Positions 58,995 to 64,000 of a stretch of DNA of 64,000 bases are shown piece by piece (the first letter of the stretch is position 1; the number at the start of each line of letters is the position of its first letter). Source of the DNA: Candidatus Wolframiiraptor gerlachensis (lineage in GTDB: Archaea > Thermoproteota > Nitrososphaeria_A > Caldarchaeales > Wolframiiraptoraceae); the NCBI GenBank assembly GCA_021323375.2, contig JAJPCT020000023.1, forward strand, positions 1 to 64,000, given 5' to 3'. Both the position numbers and the translations under genes were made by a program. Below the pieces are notes generated by a model. That model was given only the letters and a program-made list of their open reading frames with translations, was not told the DNA's origin and did no database searches.

Positions 58995-60230
58995 ATGATG
59001 TCTGGTGATCATGCGGTGATGGGGACAAGGTTGAGCTTCCAGGCAATCGCCATCGTGCTTCTCCTCCTGCTCGTGGTATCCCCCATTATGGCTGTATATG
59101 GTCAGGCCGCCAGCAAGACGAGCCCCGATGTCCCCAGCAAGGAGCTTGAGAGGCTGAGACTGCGCGCGCATGTCCTCCAGAGGGTTCTGGAGAGGACCGC
59201 GAATATCGCGAACATCTCTGATTCCTTGAGGAGCGAGATCGAGGCGCTTGTCTCCATGGATATTTCAGCATTATCAGAGGAGGAGCTTAGAGCATTCATC
59301 GCGGAGGTTGAGACCCTTTTAACCGAGATCAGGGAATCGATTCCGAGATGTAATACGACTCTTAGCCAGGAGCGAGTCGCCCTTAGGCTTCTCGAGAGGA
59401 TCAGGGAGAGGCTGAATCTGACCTTGATGAGGATGAACTTGACGCCGGGCGAGGCGGAGCAGGTTAGGGAGTGGATCAGGGAAAGGGTTGGGGAGAATTT
59501 GACGGTCAGGGATGTCGCACATCTCATGAAGAGTGTTAGGGAGATGCTGAGACACATGTTTGTAGCGAGGTTCTCCGAAGAGGCGATGAATTATAGCGAG
59601 AGGGTGGCTGGATCCGGCGCCATTTTCGGCCTAATGAATGCCCTGAATGCCTCGAGCAAGGTCCTATTAGTCCTCGAGAGGGTCAAGATGAGGCTCATAG
59701 AGGTTAATGCATCAGAGAGGGCTGTAGAGGTGATAGAGCATAATATAGAGAGGATAGCGGCGGCGAGGGAGGTTCTGAGGCAGCTTATTGAGAGGATGTC
59801 CGCGGGCCATCCACCCGGAAACATCACGCGGGAGAAGGTTAGGGAGGAGCTTGAGTCAATAGTGAGAGAAAGGGCTGAGAGGCTTAATGAGACGATTGAG
59901 GAGTATCTTGGCAGGCTTCAGGAGCTTAGAGATGAGGCTTTGAGGCTGAATCTAACAGATCTCGCGAATGAGATAGAGAGGGAGATTATGGAGCTTGAGG
60001 CGCTTAAGGATAAGCTTGCATCGGGCAACCTGAGCTTGAGCGAGCTGGCCGGCGCCGCTGCCTCGACTAAGGGATTAATCAAGCATGCCGAGAAGCTTAT
60101 CGAGAAAGCATCCGAGAAGATGGGTAAGTATGGCCCGGATAAGATTCCGCCGGGGAGGGAGCTTCAGCGGGGCGAGAAGGAGAGGGGGCCGCCGATAACC
60201 CCGCCGGGCCAATCAAAGATAAAGCCCTGA
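58995..60230 (+). CDS. Exported all-helical Glu/Arg-rich protein
   Basis: Signal peptide, repeated helical segments, several N-x-T/S sequons, PPG-containing tail. Confidence 0.72.
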   Translation: MMSGDHAVMGTRLSFQAIAIVLLLLLVVSPIMAVYGQAASKTSPDVPSKELERLRLRAHVLQRVLERTANIANISDSLRSEIEALVSMDISALSEEELRAFIAEVETLLTEIRESIPRCNTTLSQERVALRLLERIRERLNLTLMRMNLTPGEAEQVREWIRERVGENLTVRDVAHLMKSVREMLRHMFVARFSEEAMNYSERVAGSGAIFGLMNALNASSKVLLVLERVKMRLIEVNASERAVEVIEHNIERIAAAREVLRQLIERMSAGHPPGNITREKVREELESIVRERAERLNETIEEYLGRLQELRDEALRLNLTDLANEIEREIMELEALKDKLASGNLSLSELAGAAASTKGLIKHAEKLIEKASEKMGKYGPDKIPPGRELQRGEKERGPPITPPGQSKIKP

Positions 60231-60237
60231 GAAGCAG

Positions 60238-61920
60238 CTAATCAATAATACCCTCCCTTTTTCTCCGATTTTCATATGATGCTCTTATGAATTCTATGAA
60301 GAGTGGTGACGGCTTTCGCGGCCTACTTTTGAACTCTGGATGGAATTGGACTCCAACTATCCAAGCGTCCTTGAGCTCTATCCCGCATATCGTTCCATCA
60401 AGCTCATCATATGCCGAGATCATGAGGCCCTTCTCCGCGGCAAGCTCCGCGTATCTTGGGCTTATGTGATACCTGTGCCTAAACCTCTCAATGATCCTCT
60501 CTGATTTGTATGCCTGGTATAGCTTTGTCCCAGCGATTAGTTTCACGGACCTTCCACCGAGCTTCATTGTCCCTCCTTTAAGGATCATCTCCCGCTGCTC
60601 GCTGAGAAGATCCACTACTGGGTGTGGAGTATTTGGATCAACCTCCGTAGAGTGAGCATTTTTCAGCCCTAGGATGAGCCTTGAGAAGGCGACGAAGAGG
60701 AGCTGGGCCCCAAAGCATATCCCGAGTAGGGGTATCTGCTTTCTTATCGCGTGCTCCGCGGCCATGATCATCCCCTCAACGCCCCTAGCGCCGAACCCCG
60801 GCGTGAGGAGAATTCCATCAACATCATCGAGGATTCTAAGCTTCTCGGGATCTCGTTCAAACTCCTCGGTCTCTATTAGGATCGGCTCTGCTTTCAGTCC
60901 AAGCCACGCGGCGGATGACCTGAGAGCCTCGATTATGCTGATGTAGCTATCGGAGATCATGCAATATTTCCCCGGCATAGCTATCCTGACGCGGTCTGAG
61001 GGCTCCTTAAGCCTCCTAACCAGCTCGCTCCACTCGCCCACCGCCCCATCATCCGGCCTTCTCTTCGGGAGTCCTAGGAGGCTACATAGCAGGTCTCCAA
61101 GCCCCTGCCTCTCGAAAATCATGGGAAGCTCGTAGGGAGTCTCGAGATCCGGGTCCGAGATCACGGCATGCCTCGGCACGCTGCAGAAGAGGCTTATCTT
61201 CTCCTTGATCTCCTCCGGGAGCTCTATCCTGCTCCTCCCAACTATGATGTCTGGTTGAAGACCCATGCTCTGAAGGAGCTTCACACTATGCTGGGTCGGC
61301 TTGGTCTTGAGCTGCCCAACAGTCTCGAGATATGGGACTAGCGTGACATGTACGAGTATTATCCTCCCTTTCCCGAACTCGAGCACTAGCTGCCTCAAGG
61401 CTTCTAGGAATGGCATAACCTCGATGTCGCCGACTGTTCCGCCGATCTCGACGAGCAGAACATCTGGCCTAAGCCTCTGCGAGGCCCCGAGTATCCTCCG
61501 CTTTATCTCATCAGTTATATGCGGTATGACTTGTATGGTTTTTCCGAGGAACTCTCCAACTCTCTCCTTTAATATCACGCTCAGATAGACCTGGCCCGAG
61601 GTAATGTTATTCGATGGATGCATGTTCATCTCGAGGAATCGCTCATAAGTCCCGAAGTCCTGATCTATCTCGGCTATCCTGAACCTGTATCCGGGGGCGG
61701 CCTCGAACTCCCAGACATCCTCACAGACAAAGACCTCCCCATGCTCCACGGGGTTGAGCGTCCCCGGATCAACGTTAAGATATGGATCTATCTTTACAGC
61801 ATCAACCGTGTATCCCCTGAATTGGAGGAGCTTTCCTATCGAGGCTGTTACAACGCCCTTTCCCAGGCCACTCAAGACACCGCCAGTGACGAAGATGAAT
61901 CTCGTGTCTGAGCCGTTCAT
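60238..61920 (-). CDS. pyrG: CTP synthase
   Basis: [35 protein letters not shown]. Confidence 0.95.
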   Translation of the reverse strand: MNGSDTRFIFVTGGVLSGLGKGVVTASIGKLLQFRGYTVDAVKIDPYLNVDPGTLNPVEHGEVFVCEDVWEFEAAPGYRFRIAEIDQDFGTYERFLEMNMHPSNNITSGQVYLSVILKERVGEFLGKTIQVIPHITDEIKRRILGASQRLRPDVLLVEIGGTVGDIEVMPFLEALRQLVLEFGKGRIILVHVTLVPYLETVGQLKTKPTQHSVKLLQSMGLQPDIIVGRSRIELPEEIKEKISLFCSVPRHAVISDPDLETPYELPMIFERQGLGDLLCSLLGLPKRRPDDGAVGEWSELVRRLKEPSDRVRIAMPGKYCMISDSYISIIEALRSSAAWLGLKAEPILIETEEFERDPEKLRILDDVDGILLTPGFGARGVEGMIMAAEHAIRKQIPLLGICFGAQLLFVAFSRLILGLKNAHSTEVDPNTPHPVVDLLSEQREMILKGGTMKLGGRSVKLIAGTKLYQAYKSERIIERFRHRYHISPRYAELAAEKGLMISAYDELDGTICGIELKDAWIVGVQFHPEFKSRPRKPSPLFIEFIRASYENRRKREGIID

Positions 61921-61947
61921 AATTCATCCACCTTCCGCGAATGCTCT

Positions 61948-62865
61948 TCATAGTCTCTGAGCATACCCCACCAGCTCCTTGATGGATTTGAATCCTCTCG
62001 AGGCGAGAAAGTCCCTTAATCCCTCGATAATCTCCCTGAATATCTCGAGGTCTTTTCTAGCTATCGCCGAGCCCACTCCGACAGCATTGGCTCCCGCGAG
62101 GATTAGCTCTAGCGCGGCCCTCCAGCCATCCACGCCGCCAACGCCGATTATAGGCACATCCGGGAGTTCCCGCCTAATCTCGTATATGGCCGCGACAGCT
62201 ATGGGCCTGATGCATGGCCCCGAGAGGCCTCCGAAGATGTTGGATAATATCGGCGTCATGGATTCCACACTTATAGCCGCCGCCCGGATCGTGTTTATCG
62301 CCGTCACGCCATCAGCCCCAGAGCCAATATAGCGGGAGACAATATCCGGCCTAGCATAATAGGCCGAGATCTTTGCGAAGACAGGCCTCGACGATATGCT
62401 CCTGATTGATCTTATTATGTTGCATGCGAGTTGGATGTCTGAGCCTATTTCCAGCCCATATCCCCCCACGTGCGGGCATGAGAGGTTGAGCTCGATCGCG
62501 CTGCATCCAGCATCCAGAGCATGCTCCGCGACCTCCATGAACTCTCCCTCATCCCTGCCACCTATGCTCGCGATCACTGGTATCCTGATGTTCTCCGCAG
62601 CTCTTCTCAGCTCCATCTTGAAGGCTGTTATCCCCGGGTTCGGCAGCCCCATCGCGTTGAGATAGCCGAATCCGAGATCCACGAATACCGGGTTTGAGTA
62701 GCCCTCCTTCGGCTCACGCGTGATAGTCTTGGTGGTTATCGCGCCGGCGCCAGCCTCCTCAACCCTCTTTATCAGTCCATAAGATGATCCGAGGATCCCC
62801 GATGCAAGGATTGTCGGGTTCCTCAGCCTGAGCCCAGCGAGCTCCACCTCAAGAGCCGGCGACAT
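61948..62865 (-). CDS. pyrD: Dihydroorotate dehydrogenase 1B catalytic subunit
   Basis: ASG, NAMGLPNPG, ELNLSCPH, INT, GGLSG. Confidence 0.93.
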   Translation of the reverse strand: MSPALEVELAGLRLRNPTILASGILGSSYGLIKRVEEAGAGAITTKTITREPKEGYSNPVFVDLGFGYLNAMGLPNPGITAFKMELRRAAENIRIPVIASIGGRDEGEFMEVAEHALDAGCSAIELNLSCPHVGGYGLEIGSDIQLACNIIRSIRSISSRPVFAKISAYYARPDIVSRYIGSGADGVTAINTIRAAAISVESMTPILSNIFGGLSGPCIRPIAVAAIYEIRRELPDVPIIGVGGVDGWRAALELILAGANAVGVGSAIARKDLEIFREIIEGLRDFLASRGFKSIKELVGYAQRL

Positions 62866-64000
62866 GCCTCCCAAACCCCATCCCGACCCTGGGCTCACCA
62901 TCCTCCAGCGCTAAAACGCCGCGTAGGAAAACCATCCTAACTTCAGCCTTCACCATCCAGCCCTCGAATGGAGAATACTTGGCCTTTGAGGCGAACCTCA
63001 ATGGATCTATGACATGTTCTCTTCCAAGCTCGACGATCACCACATCGCCATCCATGCCGGGCTCGAGGGCGCCCTTACGAGCTCCCAAGATCTCCGCAGG
63101 TCTGCGGGAGTAGAGATCCAGAGCCCTGAGCGGCATAACGCCATCCATTATCTGGGTCATGATTAGCGGTAGATAGATCTCTAGGCCGGGGAAACCGGGT
63201 GGAACCTCGTCATAGCTACTGCGGAGCTTTTCCTCAAGCAGGTGCGGCGCGTGATCCGATACTATCGCGTCAACGAGCCCAAGCCGTATTGCATTCAGAA
63301 CAGCATCCGCATCCTCGCTGCTCCTGAGGGGCGGATTCACCTTTGCTACCCCGCCAAATCGCCTTACGGCATCCGATGAGAGGAGTGCATGATGCAGGGT
63401 TGCATCGCATGAGATAGTTGCCCCACGCAGCTTCGATGACGCTATCATCATTATCGAGTCGCTGGTTGTCAGGTGGGTGAGGTGGAGCCTTATACGCCCG
63501 CTCCCAGCGATTCTTAGCATGTTCTCCACGGCTCTTACCTCGGCTATCCTCGGCCTTACCCTCCCATGATCCTCGATTGCCGGCTCGGCAATCATCCTCC
63601 TCTCCCGCATTATCGTCTCTGGATCTTCTGGGTGGATTACAACGAGATTTCCCTCGAGGTGATTGATTATTCTGGGCAGCTTATCATAATCCTCTGGATA
63701 TATCTTGAGGCCGCATGCTATCTTCCTGATCTCAGGTATCTCGCGTGGATCTTTGGGCGCGCCGCAGTAAAGTGCGAAGTCTACGAGGGATTTTCTTGTC
63801 GCGATCTCGAGTTTCTCCATCAGCCTCTCGAGCGAGTCTATGAATGGATCATTGTTCGGCATGTCGGCGACCAGTGTTACGCCTCCACGCAGGGCCGCGA
63901 GCGTTCCGGTGTACCAGTCCTCCTTATATGCTTGGTTAAAGTCTCTTAAATGCACATGCATATCCACCATTCCAGGGAGCATTATCTGGCCCTGCTTCAG
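62849..64000 (-). CDS. pyrC: Dihydroorotase (5'-truncated by window edge)
   Basis: PGMVDMHVHLR, DMPN, KVNPPLR, SDHAPH; frame stays open to window end. Confidence 0.9.
   Translation of the reverse strand: MKQGQIMLPGMVDMHVHLRDFNQAYKEDWYTGTLAALRGGVTLVADMPNNDPFIDSLERLMEKLEIATRKSLVDFALYCGAPKDPREIPEIRKIACGLKIYPEDYDKLPRIINHLEGNLVVIHPEDPETIMRERRMIAEPAIEDHGRVRPRIAEVRAVENMLRIAGSGRIRLHLTHLTTSDSIMMIASSKLRGATISCDATLHHALLSSDAVRRFGGVAKVNPPLRSSEDADAVLNAIRLGLVDAIVSDHAPHLLEEKLRSSYDEVPPGFPGLEIYLPLIMTQIMDGVMPLRALDLYSRRPAEILGARKGALEPGMDGDVVIVELGREHVIDPLRFASKAKYSPFEGWMVKAEVRMVFLRGVLALEDGEPRVGMGFGRHVAGS

Noticed and set aside
1-64000. Numerous antisense ORFs in the six-frame track; CRISPR arrays, tRNAs, IS transposases
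   Set aside because: The antisense ORFs are shadows of well-supported genes. No repeat-spacer array, tRNA cloverleaf or transposase motif was seen by eye.

Overview
Archaeal chromosomal segment, most likely from a TACK lineage. This is inferred from eS30, eS4, eL19, eL32, Nop5, a box C/D sRNA and a TackOD1-like protein. Most of the window is housekeeping: the 3' part of aspS, ilvC-leuC-leuD-leuB, a truncated spc ribosomal cluster (rpl24 to secY plus DUF106), rps30e, nop5, argF, two radical SAM genes, sugar-metabolism genes (one block AT-rich and apparently decaying), a P-type ATPase, a Re-citrate-synthase-like/IDH-like pair, a type IV pilus locus, a complete ordered archaeal shikimate operon with pheA/tyrA, a type IA topoisomerase and pyrC/D/G. 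No tRNA, rRNA, CRISPR array or transposase was recognised. The most striking unexplained signal is a ~120-nt element present twice (2358-2480 and 12433-12551). Its sequence has diverged but the predicted fold is conserved with compensatory changes: a long stem topped by a three-hairpin junction with a CCUCC loop. One copy lies in a cluster of tiny virus-like ORFs, and the other is inserted between rps8 and rpl6. Two membrane-spanning proteins with extracellular domains and cytoplasmic DNA-binding folds (AbrB; wHTH) are also notable. All calls were made by eye without database searches.
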